A stretch of 64,000 nucleotides of DNA from Balanoglossus misakiensis (Eukaryota > Animalia > Hemichordata): positions 11,439,337 to 11,503,336 of the forward strand of contig CM082586.2 in the NCBI GenBank assembly GCA_040954595.2. Direction: 5' to 3'. Of this stretch, positions 1 to 12,555 are shown piece by piece. Position 1 is the first letter of the stretch, and every line of letters begins with the position of its first letter. Under the pieces are notes generated by a model. The model saw only the letters and a list, made by a program, of their open reading frames with translations. It was not told where the DNA came from and ran no database searches. Made by a program: the position numbers and the translations under genes.

Positions 1-3000
1 AAGTGCCGGGACTTCAGCTAAACCAGGCCGTAGGAAATCCGACGTAATCACCGTTGATAACTTACGCCAGTCTGTGTCATATAGAGCCGGTGCACCAGCC
101 GAGTCACGCCGTAGAAAATCTGACTTGATCAACGTGGTCAATGTACGCCTGTTTCTGCTCTAGAGTGCCGGGGCTTCAGCTGAGCCAGGCCGTAGGAAAC
201 CCGACGTGATTACCGTTGTTAACTTACGCCAGTCTGTGTCCTATATATAGTGCCGGGGCATCAGCCGTGCCAGGCCGAAGGAAATGTGAGTAGATCAACG
301 TGGTCTCTGTACTCGTGTTTCTGCACTAGAGTGTCAGGGCTTTAGCAAAGCCATGCCGTAGGAAATCTGTCTTGATCAACGTTGCTAACGAACGCTAGTG
401 TCTGTCATAGTGTGCCGGGGTTTTAGTCGAGCCAAGCCGTAGGAGATCAGACTTGATCAACGTAGTCTCTGTACGCGTGTTTCTTCTCTAGAGTGCCGGG
501 GCTTCAGCTGAGCCAGGCCGTAGGAAACCCATGCCGTAGAAAATCTGACTTGATCACCGTTGCTAACGTACGCTTGTGTCTGTCATATTGTGACGGAGAT
601 TTAGTCGAGCCAGGCCGTAGAAAAATCGACTTGTTCAACGTTACCAGTGTGCAACTGTTTCTGCTCTAGAGTGTCAGGGTTTTAGCCGACTTATGCTGTA
701 GGAAATCTGAGTTGATGAACGGGAATTCAATGTTAGAAAACCCGTGTGGAAAGTATCTCTACCCGTTTGAAACTAAGAAAAGAATTCATTCTTATTTATT
801 TTGTAAAAAAGACAATTTTTCGAAAAAAAGTCGAAAATGGTAATTTTGTCTTGGGTGATTCAAATTATACCACCTTTTCTGGAATTTGCAGCACTTTTTA
901 CAAGAGAACGACACTTCATGCTCCATAATATTTCCGAAAATGAAGAAAAGAGTTTATTTTTTATTGATTTTTTAAAAATTTACCATTTTTGTCAAAATAT
1001 GGCCAAAATGGCTATTTTTTCTTGAATTCCGTCAATATCTCTGCATTTTTGGAGTGGTCGAAACTTTTAACATACAATCAACATGTCGTTATGATCGGGG
1101 CACCAAATTCGAAGAACAAAGGTTTTTTTATTTTTTTTTCTAAAAATGACATTTTCAAGGAAAATTTGGTAAAACGCAATTGTGTCTGCAGTGAGCCAAA
1201 TTAGACGGTCTTTTGTGGAATTTGTATCGATATATACATACGAAGAGCATTCTATACTCCATCAGATTTCCGAAAATGTAGAAAACTGGTATTTTTTGTA
1301 ATTTTCAAAATTTTTCCATTTTGACCAAATTGTGCTTAAATTGTTATTTTCGCGTTGAATGCCGCCAGTGTTACTGCTTTTAAAAGTCATGAAAACTTTT
1401 AACATACAAGCAATTGTTTATATATGATCAGGTCACCGAATTAAAAAAATAAAGAACGTTTTGACTAAAAATGACCTTTTTGGTGCAAAAACGAAGAAAA
1501 CGCAATTTTGTATTAAATCAGCTCATTCAGAGTGCATTTTTTATAATCAGCACCATTTTTACATATAATGGAAATTTCATACATCATCAGATATCCAAAT
1601 ATGAAAACATGATTTAGATTTTAGATGATTGTCCAAAATTAGCTGATATCTAATAAATGTAGTATTGAACCGTTCTGTTCCCCCCCCTACATTACATGCG
1701 GTACGCCGATGTCAGCTTACCCGGCAGGACTGCAGGCCGTGCCCCCAACTAACGTCGGTGTTTGAAACGCCCTGGTTAACTTCGGGCTTTCTCTATAAAT
1801 TGACAGGCAATAATGCAGTCCTACCCGAACAAATGTCGAGTGTTGACCCGCTGTGACATTCCCTCTTCGGTTTGCCCGACTTAGCCAACGTCTTTGTACT
1901 AGAGTGTCGGGTCTTTTGCAGAGCCAGGCCGAAGGAAATCCGACTTGACCACCGTTGCTAACGAACGCTAGTGACTGTCATGGTGTGCCGGGGTTTTAGT
2001 CGAGCCAGGCCGTAGGAGATCTGACGTGATCATCGTGGTCAATGTACGCGTGTTTCCGCTCTAAAGTGCCGGGGCTTCAGCTAAACCAGGCCGTAGGAAA
2101 TCCGACGTAATCACCGTTGATAACTTACGCCAGTCTGTGTCATATAGAGCCGGTGCACCAGCCGAGTCACGCCGTAGGAAATCTGACTTGATCAACGTGG
2201 TCAATGTACGCGTGTTTCTGCTCTAGAGTGTCGGGGCTTATGCTGAGCCAGGTCGTAGGAAACCCGACGTGATTACCGTTGTTAACTTACGCCAGTCTGT
2301 GTCCTATATATAGTGCCGGGGCATCAGCCGTGCCAGGCCGAAGGAAATGTGAGTAGATCAACGTGGTCTCTGTACGCGTGTTTCTGCTCTAGAGTGCCAG
2401 GGCTTTAGCCAAGCCATGCCGTAGAAAATCTGACTTGATCACCGTTGCTAACGAACGCTAGTGTCTGTCATGGTGTGCCGGGGTTTTAGTCGAGCCAGGC
2501 CGTAGGAGATCTGACTTGATCATCGTGGTCAATGTACGCGTGTTTCCGCTCTAAAGTGCCGGGGCTTTATCCAAGCCATGCCGTAGAAAATCTAACTTGA
2601 TCACCGTTGCTAACGTACGCTAGTGTCTGTCATATTGTGACGGAGATTTAGCCGAGCCAGGCTATAGAAAAATCGACTTGTTCAACGTTACCAGTGTGCA
2701 ACTGTTTCTGCTCTAGAGTGTCAGGGTTTTAGCCGACTTATGCTGTAGGAAATCTGAGTTGATGAACGGGAATTCAATGTTAGAAAACCCGTGTGGAAAG
2801 TATCTCTACCCGTTTGAAACTAAGAAAAGAATTTATTCTTATTTATTTTGTAAAAAAGACAATTTTTCGAAAAAAAGTCGAAAATGGTAATTTTGTCTTG
2901 GGTGATTCAAATTATACCGCCTTTTCTGGAATTTGCAGCACTTTTTACAAGAGAACGACACTTCATGCTCCATAATATTTCCGAAAATGAAGAAAAGAGT

Positions 3001-5555
3001 TAATTTTTTATGATTATTTAAAAATTTACCATTTTTGTCAAAATATGGCCAAAATGGCTATTTTTTCTTGAATTCCGTCAATATCTCTGCATTTTTGGAG
3101 TGGTCGAAAGTTTTAACATACAATCAACATATCATATATGATCAGGGCACCAAATTTGAAGAACAAAGGTTTTTTTCTTTCTTTTTTCTTCTAAAAATGA
3201 CATTTTCAAGGAAAATTTGGTAAAACGCAATTTTGTCTGCAGTGAGCCAAATTAGACGGTCTTTTGTGGAATTTGTATCGATATATACATACGAAGAGCA
3301 TTCTATACTCCATCAGATTTCCGAAAATGTAGAAAACAGGTATTTTTTGTAATTTTCAAAAATTTACCATTTTGACCAAATTGTGGCTAAAATTGTTATT
3401 TTCGTGTTGAATGCCGCCAGTGTCACTGCTTTTAAAAGTCATAAAAACTTTTAACATACAAGCAATTGTTTATATATGATCAGGTCACCGAATTAAAAAA
3501 ATAAAGAATGTTTTGCCTAAAAATGACCTTTTTGGTGCAAAAATGAATAAAACGCAATTTTGTATTAAATCAGAATGCATTTTTTATAATCAGCACCATG
3601 TTTACATATAATGGAAATTTCATACATCATCAGATATCCAAATATGAAAAAATGATTTAGATTTTAGATGATTGTCCAAAATTAGCTGATATCTAATAAA
3701 TGTAGTATTGAACCGTTCTGTCCCCCCCCCTACATTATATGCGGTACGCCGATGTCAGCTTACCCGGCAGTACTGCAGGCCGTGCCCCCAACTAACGTCG
3801 GTGTTTGAAACGCCCTGGTTAAATTCGGGCTTTCTCTATAAATTGACAGGCAATAATGCAGTCCTACCCAAACAAATGTCAAGTGTTGAACCGCTGTGAC
3901 TTTCCCTCTTCAGTTTGCCCGACTTAGCCAACGTCTTTGTACTAGAGTGTCGGGTCTTTTGCAGAGCCAGGCCGAAGGAAATCCGAGTAGATCAACGTGG
4001 TCTCTGTACGCGTGTTTCTGCTCTAGAGTGCCAGGGCTTTAGCCAAGCCATGCCGTAGGAAATCTGACTTGATCAACGTTGCTAACGAACGCTAGTGTCT
4101 GTCATAGTGTGCTGGGGTTTTAGTCGAGCCAAGCCGTAGGATATCAGACTTGATCAACGTGGTCTCTGTACGCTTGTTTCTGCTCTAGAGTGCCGGGGCT
4201 TTATCCAAGCCATGCCGTAGAAAATCTGACTTGATCACCGTTGCTAACGTACGCTAGTGTCTGTCATATTGTGACGGAGATTTAGCCGAGCCAGGCCGTA
4301 GAAAAATCGACTTGTTCAACGTTACCAGTGTGCAACTGTTTCTGCTCTAGAGTGTCAGGGTTTCAGCCGACTTATGCTGTAGGAAATCTGAGTTGATGAA
4401 CGGGAATTCATTGTTAGAAAGCCCGTGTGGAAAGTATCTTTACCCGTTTCAAACTAAGAAAAGAATTTATTCTTATTTATTTTGTAAAAAAGGACAATAT
4501 TTCGAAAAAAAGTCGAAAATGGTAATTTTGTCTTGGGTGATTCAAATTATACCGCCTTTTCTGGAATTTGCAGCACTTTTTACAAGAGAACGACACTTCA
4601 TGCTCCATAATATTTCCGAAAATGAAGAAAGGAGTTAATTTTTTATGATTTTTTAAACATTTACCATTTTTGTCAAAATATGGCCAAAATGGCTATTTTT
4701 TCTTGAATTCCGTCAATATCTCTGCATTTTTGGAGTGGTCGAAAGTTTTAACATACAATCAACATGTCATATATGATCGGGGCACCAAATTCGAAAAAGA
4801 AAGGTTTTTTTATTTTTTTTTCTAAAGATGACATTTTCAAGGAAAATTTGGTAAAACGCAATTTTGTCTGAAGTGAGCCAAATTAGACGGTCTTTTGTGG
4901 AATTTGTAACGATATATATATACGAAGAGCATTCTATACTCCATCAGATTTCCGAAAATGTAGAAAACAGGTATTTTTTGTAATTTTCAAAAATTTACCA
5001 TTTTGACCAAATTGTGGCTAAAATTGTTATTTTCGTGTTGAATGCCGCCAGTGTCACTGCTTTTAAAAGTCATAAAAACTTTTAACAAACAAGCAATTGT
5101 TTATATATGATCAGGTCACCGAATTAAAAAAATAAAGAATGTTTTGCCTAAAAATGACCTTTTTGGTGCAAAAAAGATTAAAACGCAATTTTGTATTAAA
5201 TTGTCCAAAATTAGCTGATATCTAATAAATGTAGTATTGAACCGTTCTATTCCACCCCCCCCCCCCTACATTATATGCGGTACGCCGATGTCAGCTTACC
5301 CGGCAGTACTGCAGGCCGTGCCCCCAACTAACGTCGGTGTTTGAAACGCCCTGGTTAAATTCGGGCTTTCTCTAGAAATTGACAGGCAATAATGCAGTCC
5401 TACCCGAACAAATGTCAAGTGTTGAACCGCTGTGACTTTCCCTCTTCGGTTTGCCCGACTTAGCCAACGTCTTTAGCTTCAGCTAAACCAGGCCGTAGGA
5501 AATCCGACGTAATCACCGTTGATAACTTACGCCAGTCTGTGTCATATAGAGCCGG
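1..5555. repeat. Composite macrosatellite, segment 1 (units ~1.6-2.05 kb: 81-bp monomer block + AT-rich block)
   Basis: The landmark 'cccgtgtggaaagtatct' recurs at 746, 2793 and 4427. 'gccgtaggaaa'-type motifs recur at 27, 108, 189, 274, 355, 436 (~81-bp period). 'tttccgaaaatg' recurs at ~931 and ~1267 (~335-bp internal period). Confidence 0.97.
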
Positions 5556-6213
5556 TGTAAGTGCAGTCCTCCCTGATTGGATGGCTGTGTGTGCAGGTGC
5601 ACATGCACATAGTGGTTATCCAATATGCAAATTTCCTTTTCACTATAAATTGGCACCTCGCCAGTGTGCAAGTTTTCATTTCATCGTCAGGCCTTCTAGG
5701 CTACATGTTTGTGACCACTGCACTGCATGCTTTTTGAGCCCCTAAAAGCGTCACCATCTGAGGTAAGACTTACCTGTTTTATTTAGCGATACAGAGCGGT
5801 CTTTCAACAGAAGCAGCGACTATCCAGGACGCAGACTACTTCATTTATAAACCATTAATTTTGAGCGATTGAGTAGAATTGATTTGAATTTACTTACCTG
5901 TAAACGCTGTATTTTTGGAATTTGCTTTGTAATTGAGTTTGAACTTCTGTATCGGCATTTTACATTTACCTTTGAATACTTACTTGAATTTATTTCGTCT
6001 ATGTATTTGTTTATACAGAACCGTGTTGTACCCGTGTTATACCAGTGTTATACCAGTATTAGAACCGTGTTATTACGTCGTGCACGGTCTATTTTGTATG
6101 CACCGAACAGTTTGCTCCTCGTAGAGAGTAAAATAAAAGGGGAATTTTTATACAACACGAGTGTCCAGAGTGTGTACTCCAGGGGCCCATGCAAGTAGGA
6201 ATTGGATCCTACA
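5556..6213 (+). repeat. 5' LTR of the BEL/Pao element (~658 bp)
   Basis: Starts TGTA and ends TACA. TATAAA at ~5644, AATAAA at ~6132, and it lies just upstream of the gag ATG at 6280. The right boundary is inferred because there is no second LTR to compare. Confidence 0.7.
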
Positions 6214-6279
6214 TAGTTCTCAGATGACGTTGGACTGAAACCTGGTGTAACCGTGTACTAGCAGATACATTAGAAAGTC

Positions 6280-9200
6280 ATGGCAACTGGAAACGACGAG
6301 ATGTTCCACGTTCCAGCAGCACCAGGCCCTGTCTCCATCAAGAGTAGCAGTTCATCAAAAACAGCTAGCTCAACAAGAGAAGAAAAAGCCGGTAAGCCGA
6401 TTGATTTAGTTCTCAAATTAAGGAGATCAATTATCGCTTACCGCGGCCATATGACACGTATTTACATGGATGTAGAGACCATGTTAATGTCGTCGCCTGA
6501 CTACCAAGCAGTTACCAAAAAGAAAGAAGACTTGGATAGGATTTTTACTTCATATACAAATACTTGTTATGAATATCAGAAACATCTTTCAAGGTCCGAA
6601 CAAGAAAGTGTACGACTTGAACACGAATCTGAAGTTAACAGAAAAGAGTGTCTGGAACAACGCCTGAAGAACTGGATTTCGTCTCATCGAATCACGATAA
6701 CAACTCCGTCACGTGGGTTGGAGCCAGAAGTGCCACCAGCTTCACAAGAGGATGATGTCAACGGTTCAGCGGCTTCCAAAAATTCACGTCACTCTACCAA
6801 GGACCAGGTAAAATCTGTAAAAAAGAAATCACATAGTCAAACGTCTTAGGGAAATGGTAACCGGCAGACAAGTAATATATGTTCTTTATCGAGTTCAAAG
6901 GCAAGTCGAGCTTCAAGAATTGCAAGAAGGAAGATATTGGAAACCCAGCTTGAACTTGAAAAGATACAGCAAGAAGAAGAAGCCAAAGCCAAGCTTCGTG
7001 ATCTGCGACTTCGAGAAGAAGAAATAAAGATGCAGTCAACATTGAAGATTCTAGACGTTCAACAGAAGTTAAAACAGGCTGAAATGGAGGCTGAATTAGC
7101 AGAAGAGGGAACTTCGTTTCATTCCAAAGAATATTTTGTTGATACAAGTGAAGCAAGGATGACCAGTCCAAGTGAGAAGATTGACAGGTATTTCCAGTCT
7201 TTTCAAGATTATCACCCCCATGTATTGTCGAGTGGTCCCCCAGTAGAAGTTTCCCAGTTCAACACAACAACAACTTTGCTTAAAGAGAGACCGCTGTCCG
7301 AAAATGTGAAACAGTTGGAGGGCAATGTGGCAGCATTAAATCCGAATGCACCAGAATGGCAGCCCGTGGACCACAATATTGGGGAACAACTTTATAGAAA
7401 TGAACCAAGTCCATTGCGGGATGGGCAACACGAAATCCTACAGAGTATGATAAGACAACAGAGTGAAGCCAGGCAAGCACTTGTAACTAGTTTGAATTTG
7501 CCGAAGCGGGAATTCCTATCGTTTAATGGTGACCCAGTAGTGTACCCCACGTTCACCAGAAATTTTGAGATAAACATTGTAAAAGGAACAACCGATGATG
7601 GCACTAGATTGGCTTATCTCATCCAATACTGCACTGGACCAGCCAAAGAAGCAATCAAGAACTGTGTGATTCTACCTCCAGAACAAGGTTACACTGAAGC
7701 AAGGAAAATATTATACCAGAATTTCGGCCAGAAACACACGATCGTCCATGCAACCATAGACAAAGTCGTCAAGGGACCACAGATCAAGGCCACGGACACA
7801 TCAAAGTTGCTACAGTTGGCACGTGACATGAATAATTGTCATATGTGTTCCAGCCAAATGAAATACACCGCTGATCTGAACTCCATGGATACATTGGAGA
7901 AGATAGTGAGACGCCTACCTACATTTCTACAAGCAGATTGGGCAAAAGAAGCTGGAAGAATGATTTACTCCGGTATTGAACCAGAATTCATCCATCTGAC
8001 AGCGTTTTTGGAGAAGCGAGCAGCCTTGGCCAATACAAGATTCGGGATGTTGGTTGGATCAAAACCAGAACCAGAGAGAGACGTAAAGTCCAGGGTCAAA
8101 CAATTCACCAAGGCTACTACTTTGACCACACAAGTAAGTCATGAAATGTACGGCAAGACGCAAGACAAACCCTACTGCCAATCCAAGAGAGAAATTAGAT
8201 GTCTTTTCTGCCAAGGACAACACCAACTGCAGAGATGCCGGAAGTTTGCCAGGAAGTCGTTCATGGAGAAGAAAACGTTTGTGCGAAAACAGAACCTCTG
8301 TGATTGTTGTCTGGAAGCAACCCCTCGACACTTCGCTAAAAACTGCAAAAGTGGATTGTTTTGTCCAGTAACTGACTGTGGAAGACTTCACCACCCATTA
8401 CTACACCCAGTATCGTCACATCCTAGCCAGTCGTCAAATGAAGTGTATCCCAGTGGAAGTGGTAGACCAGCTCCACCCACAACACGTCTTGGGAAGAATA
8501 AAGACGAGAAAAGTGACGGGAATTCTGAAGTAACCAATGGGGCCGGTAACACCGTTCATTGTAAAGCAACCAGGACAAACAAGCCACGTATCAGCCTACA
8601 AGTTGTACCAGTCCGAGTAAGTGGAGTGGAGGGAGGAGCAGAGATTGAAACTTATGCATTCCTGGACAATGGTTCAGACACAACAATATGTCTCTCATCA
8701 CTAGCAGACAGACTTGGTTTGGGTGGACAACCCATTACATATACACTTTCCACACTCGATGCTGAAACGAAGAAGTATGGACGTGAAGTTAAATTAGATG
8801 TACGAGGTCTACATAGAAATCAAAGTGTTCATCTTGATAAGGTATGGACGACGGACAAACTTCCCATAACGGCAAACAGTATACCAACAGCAGAGGATAC
8901 GAAGGAATGGTCTCATCTGAAGGATGTTGAATTACCAGAATTGCAGAACAAGGAAGTCACAATCCTGATCGGTAACGACATTCCAGAAGCACACTGGGTC
9001 CTGGAGGAAAGACGTGCCGGGAGAAAACAACCATACGCAATCCGAACATTACTTGGATGGACGTTGATTGGGCCGATGAAAGGAAAGAAAGAAACCAACT
9101 CATCAATCAACTTTATCAATATGGACCAGATCATCGACAGTGATACTTCTATCAAAGGTATGGAGTCCATTTCATCACAATTGGAAAGGATGTACAATGC

Positions 9201-12200
9201 CGACTTCAACGAAAATCTAGTGGATACTAAAGAATGCATGTCATTAGAAGACCGAAGGGCAAAGGCGATAAAGGATCGATCTGTCCGTCTACAAAATGGC
9301 CACTATCAGTTGAAGCTACCTTGGAAATTTGAAGAACCAGCCTTACCAAATAACAGGCATGTAGCTGAGAAACGACTCAACCTACTCAAAAGACGTCTAC
9401 TTAAAGATCCAGATCTCCATGAAAAGTACAGTACAACTATACAAGACTATATTGTACAAGGTCATGCAAAAGAAGTATCTGATGAAAACAAAGAAGACGA
9501 TAGATGGTTATGGTACCTACCTCATCATCCGGTGACGCATCCCATGAAACCAGAAAAGGTGAGAGTCGTCTTCGATTGTGCTGCCAAATGTGGAGGAACT
9601 TCACTGAACGATCAACTCCTGCAGGGTCCGGATTTGACCAATTCCTTGGTTGGAGTCTTGCTACGGTTCCGTCAGTATCCTGTTGCAGTGGTTGCTGATA
9701 TCAAGCAAATGTTTCACCAAGTTCATGTCGACCCCTAACGGTGACCTCACGAAGGAGCCCGTCGATCATCAAATGCTTGTTCATTTGTTTGGCGCGACAT
9801 CATCACCTAGTTGTTCAGCATACGCCCTCCGGAGAACAGCTGATGACAATAGAAGTAACTTCGACTCGGACATCATAGATGCTGTCTACAGAAATTTCTA
9901 CGTGGATGATTTCTTAAAATCAGTACTTGCCGTGGACACAGCCAAGAGACTCATCACTGAAGTTTCAGCTCTTTTGTCTAATGGTGGATTTCATCTGACC
10001 AAATGGATTTCTAATTGCACAGAAGTATTGTCCTCCATCCCGTCAGAAGAAAGGGCGCCATCTGTGATGAATTTAGACCTGGAAGACTTACCAGTTGACA
10101 GAGCTCTTGGTGTACAATGGGACATTCAAGAAGATACTATGAGCTTCAGAGTTGGCAAGGAAAGTAAAAGTGAAACTCGAAGAGGGATTCTCTCAGTTGT
10201 AGCATCTGTGTACGACCCACTAGGATTTGTTGCACCATTTGTATTGCCGGCTAAGCGCATATTACAAGAATTATGCAAAGAAGGATGTGGATGGGATGAA
10301 GCCATACCAGTGAAATATCTAGTTGTTTGGCGTGAATGGTTACAGAAGTTACCGATGTTAAAAGCCATGGTAATTCCACGGTGTTACACACCTCCAGGTT
10401 TTGGCCAGCCACAATCTATAGAAATTCATCATTTCTGCGATGCTTCAACGGAAGGATATGGGGTTGTTTCCTACCTACGGTTTATTGACAAAGGTGGTAA
10501 CTTTCACTGCAGCCTCGTGACTGGCAAATCTAGAGTTGCTCCACTGAAGACCATTACAGTACCAAGATTGGAATTGACAGCAGCAACAGTGGCCGTTAAA
10601 GTCAGCAAACAGATAAAACAAGAACTTCAATTTCCTATCCATCGAGAGCGATTCTGGACAGACTCTACCATTGTTATACAATATATCTGCAGCTCAACAA
10701 GACGCTTCAAGACCTTTGTAGCCAACCGCCTACAACTAATACACGATGCAACACTACCGTCACAATGGCATCATGTTCCTTCACAACTCAATCCAGCTGA
10801 TTGTGCCTCCCGAGGTATTACCTTGAATGCCGCCAAAGCGAAGTCCAAACTGTGGTTCGAAGGTCCAGAATTTCTCTGAAAATCTGAAGGAAACTGGCCA
10901 ACCCAACCTACCGACTTACCAAGAATATCGGATGAGGACAACGAATTGAAAATGGCAAAGGTATGCGCAGTGGTAAACAGCAACCAGACAGATGACACTG
11001 ATATCATCCATTCGTTAATTCACAGATTTTCGTCATGGTACAAACTTTGCAAATCTGTCGCTTGGATTTTACGATACAAGAAGTATCTCCGAGCTCGCAT
11101 TGAGAATGGCGGAAATGGTAAAGTTCCGGTTGGTGCTCTAACGGTGTCAGAAGTGTCCGATGCTACCTTAGAAGTCATTAGAGTCGTTCAACGGAAAGCG
11201 TTTCCTAAGGAAATATCAACACAGTTGAAGAATCCAAGCAGAAAACCAGATTCTGAAGGATATACCAGTCCACTTTGCAGACTCAGTCCAATCTACAAAG
11301 ATGGCATTATACACGTTGGTGGAATACTAAACAACTCCCTCATAGATGAAACCACAAAACATCCTATTATTCTACCCCATAATCATCAAGTGACCGAATT
11401 AATTGTTCAGTTTTTCCATGAGCAGGAAGGTCACGTAGGAACCACCCATGTGTTATCCAGAATCCGAAAAGAATATTGGATTTTGAGAGGCCAAGCTACT
11501 GTCAGAAGAATTCTGCGGAAATGTGTAGTGTGCAGGAGATGGAATGCAAGACCTGGAACGCAAATAATGGCGCCACTTCCAACCCCAAGAGTTACTCCAG
11601 GTGAGAGTGCATTTGCTGCAGTGGGAATCGACTTCTTTGGTCCTCTGAAAGTCAAGTGGAGAAGAGGAACGTCCAAACGATACGGATGTATATTCACCTG
11701 TCTCGCCATACGAGCTGTGCATATTGAAGTCACCCACAGTTTATCCACAGATTCATTTATTCAGGCAGTATGGAGATTTGTCAGCAGACGTGGTCCACCA
11801 AAAACGGTATACAGTGACAACGGAACAAATTTCCGGGGAGCGGAAACTGAAATCAAAGAAGCTCTAGCGAGTTGGAATCAAGAGAAGATAACTGATAGTC
11901 TACGCAAGAGGGATATCCAATGGTATTTCAATGCACCCACAGCCAGTCATACTGGAGGAGTTTGGGAAAGGATGATACGTTCAGTGCGGAAAATCCTACG
12001 AGCACTCGTTGGAAACCAACTAATTGACGACGAAACTTTACTTACTGTCTTGGCGGAGGTGGAGAAGATTATCAATGATCGACCTTTCACCCGTCAATCA
12101 GATGACCCGAATGACCTTGAAGCACTGACGCCTAATAGCCTGTTACTACTGAGGCCGAATCCATGCACATATCCTGCAGACACTGTCACGACCAGTACAG

Positions 12201-12517
12201 CTAATCACAGAAGGAACCAAGCTAATCTCATAGCGAACTCGTTTTGGAAACGATGGCTACACGAATACCTGCCTTCCCTTCAGCAGAGACAGAAGTGGTT
12301 GAAGCCCAAGAGAAATCTGACTGTTGGAGATTTGGTTATCGTGGTAGAGGAAAATATCCCAAGAGGACAGTGGTCAAAAGGACTAGTTCAGCAAACTTAC
12401 CCAGATCAGTACGGCAATGTGCGCCAGGTCCTAGTGAAGACTGAAACAGGAAGATTGCGTAGAGATGTTCGCAAACTGTGCTTGCTTGAGGAAAGTAGTA
12501 CACGTATTACACCATAA
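6280..12517 (+). pseudogene. BEL/Pao gag-pol polyprotein, disrupted
   Basis: Gag LPKREFLSFNGDP; Zn knuckles CLFCQGQHQLQRC, CDCC..H....C and CPVTDCGRLHHPLLH; protease FLDNGS; RT FYVDD; RNase H HFCDAS; integrase H..GH/CVVC, GIDFFGP, SDNGTNF, GGVWER. In-frame stops at 6847-6849 and 10877-10879, plus a frameshifting deletion near 9735. Confidence 0.93.
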
Positions 12518-12555
12518 TTAATTGGTAATAGCATATCTGGAATTCGTAATTTAAA

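Larger units (their letters stand above)
5556..12555 (+). mobile_element. BEL/Pao LTR retrotransposon, defective, 3' LTR missing
   Basis: The satellite breaks at ...gagccgg|TGTAAG and resumes at tcacgccgtagg (12556). Internal gag-PR-RT-RNaseH-IN order with Pao-type motifs. Confidence 0.95.

Noticed and set aside
1-720. Regular ~81-bp repeats as a CRISPR array
   Set aside because: The whole monomer is repeated with no unique spacers, there are no cas genes, and the context is eukaryotic with spliceosomal introns.
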